This document shows positions 1 to 12,399 of a stretch of 64,000 nucleotides of DNA, in pieces. Origin of the DNA: Eledone cirrhosa (taxonomy: Eukaryota); NCBI GenBank assembly GCA_964016885.1, contig OZ024741.1, positions 120,900,001 through 120,964,000 on the forward strand, given 5' to 3'. A program made the translations under genes and the position numbers. Numbering within the stretch: the stretch's first letter is position 1; every line of letters begins with the position of its first letter. The notes below the pieces were generated by a model, which saw only the letters and a program-made list of their open reading frames with translations, was not told where the DNA came from and searched no databases.

Positions 1-199
1 TGTATGTGTGCGTGTTGGACTTTTGTTGGTTTCCACAATAAGTGTTCCAGTTGTTTGATCAAAGGTACAGCTTCCTCATGAAATTAATGTGTAAGTGGCT
101 GAGTATTCCAATCATACATGTACCCATAACATAATTTTCAAGGAGATTCAGTATGACACAAGGCTGTTTTACTAGTATAGTCTTTGTATTATATTGTAA

Positions 200-387
200 G
201 GGTGGTGTATTGGCAGTATCGGTAGAGTGTCAGACAACATATGCTTTGAAGCATAGAGCTATGGTCCTTTACGTTCTGAGTTCAAATCCCGTTGAGATTA
301 ACTTTGCCTTTCATCCTTACGGGGTCGATAAAATAAAATACCAGTAATGCACTGGGGTAATTGCTGGCCTTGTTTCAAAAGTAGAAA
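200..387 (+). mobile_element. tRNA-derived SINE, family 1 (central GCCTTTCATCCTTACGGGGTCGATAAAAT domain, Meta-SINE-like)
   Basis: A-box-like TGGCAGTATCGGTAGA and B-box-like GAGTTCAAATCC, then the central domain. The same sequence recurs at about 7915, 12105, 16690, 19360, 21690, 27470, 28928, 34308, 40560 and 43200. Confidence 0.8.
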
Positions 388-799
388 ATTATATTGTAAA
401 TGTCTGAGTATTCCTTAGACACATGTGTCCTTAGGGTAGTCCACAGGGAGATTCAACATAACCCACTCTGTGACAAGGACCATTGAATTATACATGTACA
501 TTTCATTTTCTTCTAGCTGAGTGAACTGGTGCACCATGAAATAAATAACGTGTCTTGCTGAAGGGTTCAATGCTCTGTTAGGACTCCAACAAATGACTTC
601 AGTCTTCACCCAAACACTCTCTCCACTAAGCCAGCTACTTTTACACACTGTGTTTCTTACTGAATTACTTGAGTCACTTGAAAGAAATGACCCTGTAAGC
701 ACTGAAGTTATTAGTTCAATAGAATTACTTGCTCAAAATTAAGTCTTAACTTACTATAAAGATTGGATATATCTGTTTGGGGTAGTAGAAACTAGTCTT

Positions 800-815
800 T
801 GTGTTTGTGTGTCTC

Positions 816-847
<32 letters not shown>

Positions 848-1760
848 AGAGGGAGAGAGTGTGTGTGTAAGAGAGAGAATATGTGTGTTTGTAGTGTGTT
901 GGTGTGTTTATAGCATGTGTGTATATAAAGATCTGATTATATTATTTGTGTGTAGTAGAACTATTAATCTGTGTGTATAGTATGTGTGTATATGTGTAAG
1001 AGTGTTTGTAGTGTGTGTTTATAAAGATCTGACATATCTATTTATGTGTAGTATAAATACATTGGTCTTAGAATGTGTGTGTATGTGTCTGTCAGAGAGT
1101 GTATGTTTGTGTGCACGAGTGTGCATGTGAGTGAGTTTATTTGTCTGTGTGTGTGTGTGCATGTGAGTGAGTGTATTTGTTTGTGTGTTGTGTGTGTGTG
1201 TGCATGTCTGTGTGTGCATGTGAGTGAGTGTATTTGTCTGTGTTTGTGTGCATGTGAATGAGTGTATTTATGTGCATATTTGTTTGTGTGTTTTGTATGT
1301 GTGTGTGCATGTGTGCATGCATATGAGCATATGTTTGTATGTGTGAGTGCATGTGTGTATGTGTGTGCATATGTATGCATGTGTGTGTGCATGTTTGTGT
1401 GTGTATGCGTGTGTACATGTGTGTGTGTATGTGTATGTGTGTGTGTGCGTGTACATGAGTGTGTGTGCATGCATATGTCTGTATGTGTGAGTGCATGTGT
1501 GTGTGCATGTGTATACATGTGTGTGTGCATGTTTGTGTATGTGTGTATGCGTGTGTAGATGTGTGTGTGTGCATGTGTATGTGAGTGTGCATGAGTGTGT
1601 GTGTGCGCATATATATGTGTGTGTGCATGTGTATACATGTGTGTGTGCATGTTTGTGTATGTGTGTATGCGTGTGTAGATGTGTGTGTGTGTGCATGTGT
1701 ATGTGAGTGTGTGTGCATGAGTGTGTGTGTGCGCGCATATATATGTGTGTGTGTGTGTTA
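800..1760. repeat. Compound (TG)/(TATG)/(CATG) microsatellite
   Basis: Directly visible. It produces the spurious His/Thr and Cys/Val ORFs in the track. Confidence 0.95.
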
Positions 1761-2209
1761 TTTGCTGACAGAATTCCTTTTATATGTTTGATCTCTCTTG
1801 AAGTTTAGTGACTCTGGCATAGCTTGGGTTGATTGAAAACTGATATCTTGTATATTGATATATTGATTGGGTGGAATAGTTGAAATAAACTTATTGATGC
1901 TTCAACTATATGTATGTATATATATATATATATGTGTGTGTATATATGTGTGTATATATATTTATATAGATAGATAAATATATATATGTATGTATATATA
2001 TGTAATATATATGTATGTATATATCTTTATATATAATATGCTCAATATTTCTCTTTTCACCATTGCTCTTTATACTGTGTTTTCTGTAGCATAACATCTT
2101 TTTGTAACTCCTGCTTTTCTATATGATGTCAATGACACTGTCAATAGTTATGTATCTATATAAATGTTTTGAAGACTAGGATTTTAATTACCTGTTTAAA
2201 CATTGTCTA

Positions 2210-2256
2210 TGCTCTGATGATTCCAGACATTTGTCTGGAAGAAACAATTGTCAGCA
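2210..2256 (+). ncRNA. Minimal type-I hammerhead ribozyme motif
   Basis: TGCT-CTGATGA-TTCCAGAC(ATTT)GTCTGGAA-GAAA-C-AATT-G-TC^-AGCA. It has the full catalytic core, an 8-bp stem II, a 4-bp stem I, a palindromic stem III and a GUC cleavage triplet. Confidence 0.8.
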
Positions 2257-2297
2257 ATTAAATGTATTAAACTAAGATTTGATTGTTTTATATTTTG

Positions 2298-2332
<35 letters not shown>

Positions 2333-2344
2333 GTGTGTGTGCAC

Positions 2345-2376
<32 letters not shown>

Positions 2377-2577
2377 ATGTATTATTATCAAAATGACTTC
2401 TACATGACTAGAACTGTTTCATTCATAATGAATGAAATAGTTCTAGTCCTGTAGAAGTCCTGTTCTAGTTCTATAATGAAATAAGGATACCTATACTCTA
2501 GTAATGTAGTGAGTACCTTTTTTAAACTGGTCAGCTCCTGATATATACCAGGAATTCGCCTATTATATATATATATA

Positions 2578-2875
2578 TGCATGTGACTTAGTGGCTTCAG
2601 ATTTGGATTCACAATTGTGAGGTAGTGAGTTCAATTTCTGGACTGAGCAGTGTGTGTTGTGTCCTTGAACAAGACACTTTATTGTTCACCCAGCTGTAGA
2701 AATGAGTCGCGCCAAACTGTATTGGCCTTTGCCTTTCCCTTGAACAACATCGGTGGCAGAGAGAAGGGAGACTGGTTTGCATGGCCGACTGCTGGTCTTC
2801 CACAAAAACACCTTGCTTGGTGGGGAAATTTTTAAGTGCAAAATCTATGGTCATTTTTAACTGAAGGGGGTCTTT
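2578..2875 (+). mobile_element. tRNA-derived SINE, family 3 (TGTGTCCTTGAACAAGACACTTTA core)
   Basis: tRNA-like head followed by the core. Related copies at about 450-600 (-), 19985-20125 (-) and 20178-20270 (+). Confidence 0.7.
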
Positions 2876-3862
2876 TGTTAATATATATATATATATATAT
2901 TTATATATAACAGTCCTATATGAAGAAGACATGGTCACCCGACCCAACTTGCCTCTAATGGGACAAACCCGTCTAACATGCTAGTGTGGAAAATAGACGT
3001 CAAATGGTGATGATGATGATGGTATATATAAATATAAGATATTACTAGTTAAGACTAATAAGACTGTTATTCAACTTAGTACTCCATACTTGAGGAAAGT
3101 AGAGTGCAGTTATTATTATAGGATAAAATGATTGATGGTGAATTCTATTTACGCCGTTACAGAGTGTATTGGGTGTGTTTTATTGTGGTACCAGCACTAG
3201 AGAAGTTGTTATCCAGACTGAAGAGTTTCTTAGACCCTCTGTTTAGTCACCAAATGTACATATTATTTAACTGGGTAATTGTGTTTTGTGTGGTGTGCTT
3301 AGGCTAATTTAGGCTAATTTAGGCTTGTATTTTTTCTTTGGGTGTGCTTGTATTAAGACAAATATATATACATATATATCATCATCATCATTTAACATTC
3401 ACTTTCCCTGCTAGCAAGGGTTGGACAGGTCTACATATACAAAGCGAGTACTGAAGTGGGGCTACTGACTTCACAGACAGGCCAAGGGATCAGCATCTCT
3501 CTTATGTACAGTCATATGTTCTATCAAGTGCAGAAGACACAAACTGAAGGGTCTTCCCAACCCTTTCTTTGGCAAACATACTATGGCTGGAGGCCTTTCC
3601 TAACACCTACTACTTTACAGCATATACTAGGTGGTTTTCTCCTGTAGATCACCAGCACTGAGGAGGTTGTCATGTCCTTGAGAAATATATATATATTAGA
3701 ATGTGTATTTAAAACATTAAAAAATTAACTGATTGAGCACTCAATTCTGGTGGGTAGAGTGTAAATTTATTTTCTATTCAGCTTGGACACTTTATCTGGC
3801 AACCAGCTGAAGCAACCAAGCTTAGACTTTGAAGTCACAGCCACCTTTCTGTGTGTGTGCAC

Positions 3863-3899
<37 letters not shown>

Positions 3900-4249
3900 T
3901 GCACATATATTTGTATTAAATAATCCAATAAAGTGAATTGAATGCTGATACAACACTGCTGCATTGTTGTATTTGTGTCATTGGTATTAGTGTCTACAAT
4001 TTTTATATGTCAGTGAAATGGGATGAAGACAAGGAGGAAGAGGTGGTTTCAGTATCAAACTCCTGGTGAGAGGTGGTGGAGAGTAGATGGGGGAGATTTT
4101 GGTAATTAAACTGTTAATGTTAGACAAGAATCAGACATTTGTAAATATGAACGGTCACCTTTTCAATGAAATGTCAAACTTTGTTTTACTCTGGATATAC
4201 CATTCTCGAGTGATCTTTTAGATTTCTCTCTATAGTTTTCTAAAGACAC

Positions 4250-4665
4250 AGGCATGGCTGAGTGGTTAAGAAGTTTGCTTGACAATCATGAAGTCCTGGG
4301 TTCAATTCCTCTGTGTGATGATATCTTAGGGACCAGTTTCTTTCATTATAGCCAAGGGTGAACCCAAGCCTTGTGAGTTACCGTATTTCCCGGCATTAAA
4401 GACATTACCTTTTTCCTAAAATAAGTCTAAAAAATCTACCATGCATCCTGGAGGCCGAAGGTTGTTTATTATTTTTTTCAAATTTTTGGTTGTCAAAATT
4501 AGGGTGCATCCTCGAGGACCGGGAAATTAAGTTGACGGAAACTGTTAGGAAGCCTGTCAGATGGATCATATCTGTAATTCAAAGAGTAAGCCATGTCAGA
4601 TATTGTGTCATGCTGAATCTCCCTGAGAATTATGCTACGTGTTACATGTAGCTGTGGAACCTTAG
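4250..4665 (+). mobile_element. tRNA-derived SINE, family 2, interrupted by a pogo/Tigger-like MITE at about 4381-4528
   Basis: GGCATGGCTGAGTGGTTAAGAAG...GGGTTCAATTCC head. The insert is bounded by CCGTATTTCCCGG / CCGGGAAAT. Related SINE copies at about 23045, 26507, 35500, 36855 and 25625 (-). Confidence 0.7.
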
Positions 4666-4739
4666 CCACATACACTATAATACAAGATGAGCTATACTCT
4701 GCCTTAGAAACTCCATCCTTGTCATATTATAGTATGTTG

Positions 4740-6450
4740 AATCATCATCATTACCATTTAATGTGTGTACTGAGTGCTTTTTGTTGTGGCACCTATACGA
4801 CCATTTTACAGTGTGGGCTGGGAGAGGTAGATCTAATGATGGGGAGACTTATTAGGAGGGGGTGGGTGGGTAGGGACTTGGGTGAAGGGTGGGGTGTTAG
4901 GACATGGGTGGATAAAGTAGAGGAAAGTGGTGCATACTTAATGCATGCTTAGGAGAAGGCGGGTCTTCTGAATCTCCTATCTTCTTTCTTACTTACTAGC
5001 ACTTGAGTTTTGGTTAAGTTTACACTCAGCTCTTTTGACTCTAAATTCCGTTTCCATAGTTGGAACTTATTCTCTAGTTCTTTTATGGATTCAGCTATAA
5101 GGACCAAATTATCTGCTTAGAGAATTTTCCATGGACAACCAGTCTTAAATTCCTCTGTTATGGCCTGGAGAACTATGATGAACAGCAGTGGGCTGAGAAT
5201 CGAACCCTGATGAACTCTTATCTGTACCTTGAATTCCTCACTGAACTCACTTCCTACTCTCTCTTTACTGACAGCTCCTCTGTACATAGCTTGCACTGCT
5301 CCCAAAAGTCATTCTTCTACATCTATTTTTCTTAATGACCACCAAAGGCCTTTTCTAGATTCAACAAAAGCTAAACGCAGCAGCTTATTCTTTGCTAGGA
5401 ACTTCTCTTCTAGTTGCCTCACTAAAAAGAGGGCATCTGTAGAACTTTTCTCAGGCACGAAACCAAACTGCATCTTGTTTAATTTGACTCTTTCCCTTAT
5501 TAGTTGCACTATAACTTTTTCCATCACTTTCACAACTTCATCAATTAATTTTGTTCCTCTATAGTTGCTCCTCTCTAGGACATCACATTTACCCTTGTAG
5601 CAACTTTTGATTGTCCTGCTGCACCAGACATTGGGTTTGACTCCATTCTGTATTACCTGATTGACTATGCAGGTTACTAGTTTGGCTCCTACTTCTCCCA
5701 ATGCTTTCAGCATCTCAGCACTATCTCTGTTGGTCTTACAACTTTACCATTCTTCATCTCCTTGAATGCTGTCAATTTCAATAGCTGGTCTTTCTGTTGG
5801 GTAACTTGGGGGTAGGTAGTCTCTTTTCCTCCCATTCATTCTCTCCATTCACCAGTCTCTCATAGTAAGATTCCAAGCCTCTTTCTTTTGAGCATCAGTA
5901 GTGCTAAGTGCACCTGTGTTATTTCTAACATACGTTTCCTCTACAACATCTCGATTCACGCTGACACACTGCCTTGCAATGCAGATCACTTCACGTCTCT
6001 GATCCTCACGTCAGACCTGCCTGTGGTGCATAGGTAGATGTAATTGTCACTATTCTGTTTTGTATAGCTATTCTAATCTTGATAATTCTCTCATTCTAAC
6101 TACCTCTATCACTTATTCTATCTATTTCTCAGCTAGTAGAATACATACACCATTGTCATTTTCTACTCAGAAAAGTTTATATCTTTGTTTGCCTGTGAAT
6201 TTTCTCACTGAGGCACTTCTCCATCTCACTTCTTGTACACAGCATACATCGCCTCTTCTTGCTAACAGTTCCACAATTTCACCTTATTTGCCTTTCAGGG
6301 TGTCAACATTGATGATGGGAGTCCTGAGATGTGTAACTTGTTGGTTCCTTGAGTAGAAGTTCTTTGTATCTGGAAGAGAAAAATGCTGTGCAATTGCTTG
6401 ATGATGGCCGAGGGGTTCTTGCACATGGCTACTCTAGCCACTCCACTACT
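4740..6450 (-). mobile_element. RTE-clade LINE (family A), degraded with internal deletions
   Basis: RT motifs QFGFVPEKSSTDA and VHQGSILSPLLF. APE N-terminus NVDTLKG...DVCCVQEVRW at about 6200-6310. Stops and frameshifts are present. Confidence 0.9.
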
Positions 6451-6761
6451 GTATACAGCACTAACATGACTAGTGTTAGTCCTATAAATGCAATTAGTGT
6501 GAATCTTATGTGTTGTTTTCCATAATTTTGGCAATTTATATTTCTAGCTGGATGCCCTTCCTATCACCAACCACTTTACAACATCGATTGGGTGCATTAT
6601 TCGTGCCACCAGCACCAGGGAGGTTGTCTTAGTGGACTCCTGAGTACTCTCCACTTTATATTAGTTTTTATTAGTGTCTACTCTCCTAGATGGATGGCCT
6701 TCACTACAGCTTACGAAGCTCACGCCCCCCCCCCCCCCCCCCCACCACACACACACATACA

Positions 6762-6839
6762 CATGGTGTTCCAAACGTCACTAGACAATTTTATACAAAT
6801 ATATATATAAAATTGTCTAGTGACTTTGTGGACACTCTG
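6762..6839. mobile_element. Tiny Tc1/mariner-type MITE, almost all TIR
   Basis: GTCACTAGACAATTTTATA / TATAAAATTGTCTAGTGAC inverted arms, GACACTCTG-TA right end. A similar mini-element lies at about 48379-48456. Confidence 0.6.
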
Positions 6840-7139
6840 TATATATATACACACATAAACACATACACTTATATATACATATATACATAAATGTGTGTGT
6901 GTGTATATATATATATATTTATACATACACTCTAGCTTTTCTCTAAACAAAATATCTCTTTCTTCCTCCCCCTCCTCCTCCTCACCCACTGCAAATTAGT
7001 TGGCGTTTGGATTTTGTAAATGATATTTTTTTTATTCCATCACTTTTGTTTGCTTGTTTCTATTGTTTAGTTTAATTCCATCTTGACTTCATAATCTTGA
7101 TTTGTAACAAAATACCTCATCATTAAATCTTTTAGTAAT

Positions 7140-7235
7140 TTCATCATCATCATTACCTTCACCATCAACATCATCACCACTACCACTATCTTCACTACCA
7201 CCACTGCTATCTTCATCACCACCATCACCGCTTTT

Positions 7236-7279
<44 letters not shown>

Positions 7280-7280
7280 G
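7140..7280. repeat. (CAT)n/(CAC)n trinucleotide tract
   Basis: Directly visible. Confidence 0.9.
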
Positions 7281-7673
7281 TCTGTTGTTTTCCTGCTTGC
7301 ATGGGTTAGCTAAGCGCCCCACCCCTCTCTCCACTGCAGCCTCTCTCCACTTGTCTCTTTCCTTTGTCATCTATTTATATATATATATATAAACACATTC
7401 ATATATATGCATATATATATACATATATACATATGTATACATACATACACATATATATATATGTATATGTGTGTATGTGTGTGAGTATATATATATATAT
7501 ATAAATGTATGTATGAATGTATATTATTTTCTGTTTAGATGGCATTTATGATAAGGTATATATGTAGCAGGATAGCAGTGTTAGTCATTGAAACAAATTA
7601 TATAACTGCAACTAGAATAAACTATGATGAAATGAAATACTGTTCTTAAATACTACTTAAGTACACGATGATG

Positions 7674-7732
<59 letters not shown>

Positions 7733-7848
7733 GTATAAGGACGAATTGCTATGCCTTCATTATGTTTATTGAGTAGTGACGCGCGTTTCATTATTGATCG
7801 GCTCAAGGTTCGATCTGTAATGGGTGAACCTACAGTAACAGCACGTTA

Positions 7849-7913
<65 letters not shown>

Positions 7914-9278
7914 GAATTGACAGAGTTGTTAAAACAATGGAGAGAATGTTTTGCAGTGCCTGTTTTGGCACTCTGCTCTCTGAGTTCAAATCCTGGTGAG
8001 GCCAACTTTGCCTTTCATCCATTCGAGATTGATAGCAAAAATTGCTAATTTAGTACTGGGGTCTATTCTTTCTCTATATCTATTTCTCTGAAAGAAATCT
8101 GCTGTATTCAGGCCTGGAGTGGGATAGTCTCTACCAGATTTAAAAAAGAAAAAGCCCCCCCCCCTCCCATGCTGTATGTCAATACAGGGCGCCTACAACT
8201 CCCTTGGGAGTTATGGGGTCATGTATGCGATTGATGAAGGCATGAGGCTTAGTAGTTAGGGTGTTCGCCTCTCTATCATGTGCGTACGCACACACATACC
8301 GTACCATACTTATAGAATAAAGGATGGGTTGACATCAGCTGTAGAAAAACGAACAAAAACTGCCTCAAAAATATCTCTGCAAATCCGTGACAGCTTGGAA
8401 AAGTAGATATTAAATAATGTTAATGATAGTATTGAAAATGAGGATGATGATGTTGGTGCTGATGGTGAGGATGATGATGATGATGATGATGGTGATGATG
8501 ATAAAATGAGAGAGAGAGGGAGAGAGTAGGAGAGCGAGGTGGAGTGGTCGGTAGCGGGGAGGGAGGGGAGAGAGCGATAGAGATGCAAGCATATTTTTTT
8601 ATTTTTCAAGTTTCTTATCTAAAACATAACTAAGGTTTTAACTTTCTAATGTACTGATAAAGAATGTCCAATTTTCGTTTTATCCCCCCCCCCCACCCCT
8701 CCCTTTCACATAAATACTATTCTGTCTAAGTGTATTGAGGCTCTTGTAAACCTCTGCATGTTTTATTTCCTGTTAATACCATTTCTACAAATGTTCTAGG
8801 TAAAATATATGGTGGGTGGGAAAAATTTGTAAATAATAGATAAGTGCTGTTTTTGTTTTTTTTTGTTTTTTGTTCCTTTGTTTCTTAGTGTCCGGTTTCA
8901 GTATCCACTTGTGCTTTACTTTTTTGGTTCATTCAGTACTTTTTATTTTCTCTTTATGGTTATTTTACTGATTTTTGCTGTGATTATCTTATCTTTTTTA
9001 TTTATTTCACTAAGGAAGAAAGAAATCTTTGTGGATATATATTCAGTGGAGTGGTACTTGTTTGGCAAGTGACTTCATCTGAGAGTTTGGTGTGTTGAAA
9101 CTGAAGCAATTACATCATGGGAGAGTCATTGAAGCCTTTAGGGAAGGCATATGGTCTAGTGGTTAGGGTGTTAAGAATATACATATATACAAGGTGTTTA
9201 TAAATTATATTTACTACTTCCACCATTGATGTTGAGATGCTCCAGTGTATATGGTCAGAAATTGAACATAGTCAAGAT

Positions 9279-10531
9279 CAGAGGTTCTTAAAGTGGGCGC
9301 TACTGCCCCCAGGAGCACGTTGAGAAGGTCCAGGGGGCACTGGGGGCCTCAGGGGGTAGTGGGAGAGCGGTAGAGATGATATAATAGTATATTAAATTCA
9401 AATGATACATATATAAATATAGTAAAATAAAAAATATATATTTATTTATACATGGTATATATTATATTATATTATTTACAACCAGGCGTTGCACGGGATA
9501 ACGTATTTTGGAATGCGGGCTGCCAACAGACCTAATCGTGGAAAAACTGCATGCGTGGACAATATGTAAAGAAAATAAACCGAATACTCTGATGGCTGGA
9601 TAATCTTTAAGATTTTCCTCGATGAAGCAGGAAAAATGCAGGTTTTCACCTAATGCAGGCCCTAGGGGATCAAGAAAATGAATTTTTTTTATGTGCATAA
9701 TATGCCTTGAAATTTCGGGAAAATCAGCTAGACGTAAGGCCTCAAAAGACCCTAAAAAGCTGAAAAAATGAAGTTTTTCACCTAATGCGGGCCCTAGACC
9801 ATAAAAAAGTTGGATTTTCTTTGCTCACGGTATGAAGAAGAGACTGACGAATACATAGTTACAATTTCAAGGAAATCAGTCTGACGTAACGACTCAAAAA
9901 ACCCCTAAAAACCTGAAAAAACGCAGTTTTTCAACTAATGCGGGCTCTAGGGGATCAAAATATTGAATTATTTTATGTGCATAATACTTCCTGAAACATA
10001 AGTAATACACATGTAAAGTTTGAAAAAGGTAGGTTGGGTACTTCTTGAGTTTTAGGGATTCAAACTCACACACACACACACAGACAGACATCCTCAGGGA
10101 AGTGACGTAATGCAGACAGTCAGACATACAGACAGATTTATAAGGGCGCGATGTTATATGTATGTATCTATCTAAAAAGAGAAAGATTAAGAATTATAGA
10201 GAGAGATAGCTAAATCGCCTAATGCGGTCCCTAGGGCATTGAAAATTTGAAATTTCTTTTGCTCAGAACACTCCCTGAAACATAAGTATTATATGTGTAA
10301 AGTTTGAAAAGAGTCGGTTGGGTGGTTCTCGTGTTTTAGGGATTCAAACTCACACACACACAGACATCCTCAGTTTTATATATATAGATTATATATAAAT
10401 TGACGATTTTATTTATTATATATTATTTAGAATTTGCATGTAGGCAGGTCTCTCTGGAAATAGGATTGGGGCCGCTGAGGGTATTATGTGACCGTGAGGG
10501 GGTGGTGGCCCAAAAAGTTTGAGAGCTTCTA
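9279..10531. mobile_element. hAT/Charlie-like MITE
   Basis: Imperfect TIRs CAGAGGTTCTTAAAGT / AGTTTGAGAGCTTCTA. The 8-bp TSD GTCAAGAT / GTCTAGAT matches at 7/8 and fits the NTCTAGAN preference. Confidence 0.65.
9476..10388 (-). mobile_element. Non-autonomous Helitron-like element
   Basis: Minus-strand 5' end TCTATATATATAAAACTGAG and a GC hairpin (CCAGGCGTTGCACGGG on +) at the other end. Internal tandem repeats (CCTAATGCGGGCCCTAG). Confidence 0.65.
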
Positions 10532-10694
10532 GTCTAGATGTATTGTGTTCAACCATTGGAGCTCACATTGAAGTGTTCTGAGGTTTTTAATTAAACTTTA
10601 TATATTTACCTATTTTTTCCAATAAACTCTGTAGAATTATCTACATTTTAAATTTTTTCTGAATTTTTCAAATTGTAAAGATAATTCCAAATTA

Positions 10695-10935
10695 TCACAG
10701 CTCCGATACTACGGCATGTGGTTAGAATGTCTCAGGAAAGAATTACTGGAGAGATTTTTATGGGCAAAACCAACTGGCAAGAGACCCAGGGGTAGACACC
10801 GAGCAAGATGGTTGGATAACATCCATTAGCTTGGCTGGTCTCACTTTGGGAACCACTGGAGTCAATTAGAGAGTGTTGCTTCTCACAGGACCTAGTGGAA
10901 GGAGTGTTTGAGGATTCTGCTCACATGAAGAAAGT
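10695..10935 (+). mobile_element. RTE-type LINE 3' fragment
   Basis: Degraded LRYYG..VVRMSQERIT...KPTGKRPRGRHRARWLDNI. Confidence 0.7.
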
Positions 10936-11212
10936 AGTCAAGATAATTTATGGACACCTTGTATACTCATACCGTTGTACATTCAATTCCTGAACCAGGT
11001 GACACAATTTTCCTGTGCATTTTCATGTTGCTTTTTCATAGCAGGATTAGAGCCTTAGAAGCTTTCTATGAGATGCAACCTTGAAGGAAGTCAGCTAAAC
11101 CTACATAGCTGTCTGTTTTATTTCATTTCCTTTACTTTCCATTTGATACGAAACTGCTTAAAACTAACTGCCCCTGGTTCAACATACAAAACTTTATTTT
11201 AATGTGTATAAT

Positions 11213-11490
11213 CATCATCATCATCATTGTTTAACGTCCACTTTCCATGCTAGCATGGGTTAGATGGGACGTTCCATTTGAGGCAAGTTGGGTCAGGTGA
11301 AAGTGTCTTGCTCACAAGGAACTGTTTCTGGCTAGATTTCTACAGCTGGATGGCCTTCCTAACGCCAACCACATTTACAGTGTGTGCTGGGTGCTTTTTG
11401 TTGTGACTCCTACACGACCACTTTACAGTGTGGGGTGGGCGCTTTTTGTTGTGACACCTACATGACCACCTTATAGTGTGGGCTGGGTGC
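11213..11490 (-). mobile_element. Isolated RTE family A 3'UTR copy
   Basis: (CAT)n tail, TTTAACGTCC, CCATGCTAGCATGG palindrome and 48-bp internal repeats. More than 10 similar copies occur in the window (about 18345, 19735, 21145, 35648, 37400, 43660, 63875 and others). Confidence 0.75.
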
Positions 11491-12399
11491 TTTTTGTCTA
11501 AAACCCTTCCATCATCATTTCATATAAGAACCTTTATTAAGTTATACTTCAAACACCAAATCAATGATGAGAATATTAGTTATAGTACTAAATCATTCCA
11601 AATTCTTGCTTATTTTCAAAATGATTTGAAAATAGTAGGCAGTGTCCAAAAAATGTCCCAGAAAATCACTTCTACACCAACAATGGCAACTCTTTTCTAA
11701 GGTAACAATATATAACAGCAGTTCTTATATATAACAATATATAACAGTAGTTCTTACAGGTACTTCATATAAAATAACACAAGTCAAGAAAATTAAGTGA
11801 TGAAGCTTAACCATGCATGTATAGCAACATCAAACGTTTATTTTTACACTTCCTTATGTTTTAAAAATGTACTAAAATATTACAGCTAGAATTACAATGT
11901 AGAATGACAAAAAATATAATGTACAAATTTTATACCCTTCACCTGACATTCATAGTTTAAACCCATTTATTATTATATTTTTTAATGCCTGCCTAATTTG
12001 AAGTGTCTTATAAGCTGACAAATATGGTATTTATGTAAAAATCTCTCATCATATTTTTATCTAAGAACCTTTGTTAAGTTATTCTCAAAACACCAGCTTA
12101 ATAATTGTTTCTACATTTGGCACAAGGCCAGCAATTTGTAAGGATGAAAGGCAATGCTAACCCCGGCAGGATTTGAACTCAGAACATAAAGAATCATAAC
12201 TCTACCAATCCACCACTCCGGCTTAATAATGAGAAAATTAGTTGTAATATTTAATCCCTTTAAATATTAATCCCTTTAAATTCTTGATTATTTTCAAAAT
12301 TATTTGAAAATCTTAGACAGTATGTTTCAACAGAAATATGGTAACAAAAGGGTTAATTCATCATTTCTTTTTACATATATGTTTTTACATATTTTTATT

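Larger units (their letters stand above)
9190..10961 (+). mobile_element. Tc1-like non-autonomous DNA transposon (outermost element of a nest)
   Basis: TA-CAAGGTGTTTATAAATTAT ... ATAATTTATGGACACCTTG-TA TIRs. The transposase C-terminus MLQCIWSEIEHS|LDVLCSTIGAHIEVF* is split by the hAT insertion. Confidence 0.75.

Noticed and set aside
1019-1791. Long His/Thr and Cys/Val ORFs (also the Ile/Tyr ORFs at 50144-51144, the poly-H/D/S/M ORFs at 30080-31238, and ORFs at 45061-46498)
   Set aside because: They are translations of stop-free microsatellites, with no domain content or splice context.
8316-8406. Non-repetitive 30-codon frame IKDGLTSAVEKRTKTASKISLQIRDSLEK* and a minus-strand acceptor-like site
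   Set aside because: The + strand acceptor is weak, I recognise no protein family, and it does not match the expected RASA exon 1. Not supportable without RNA data.
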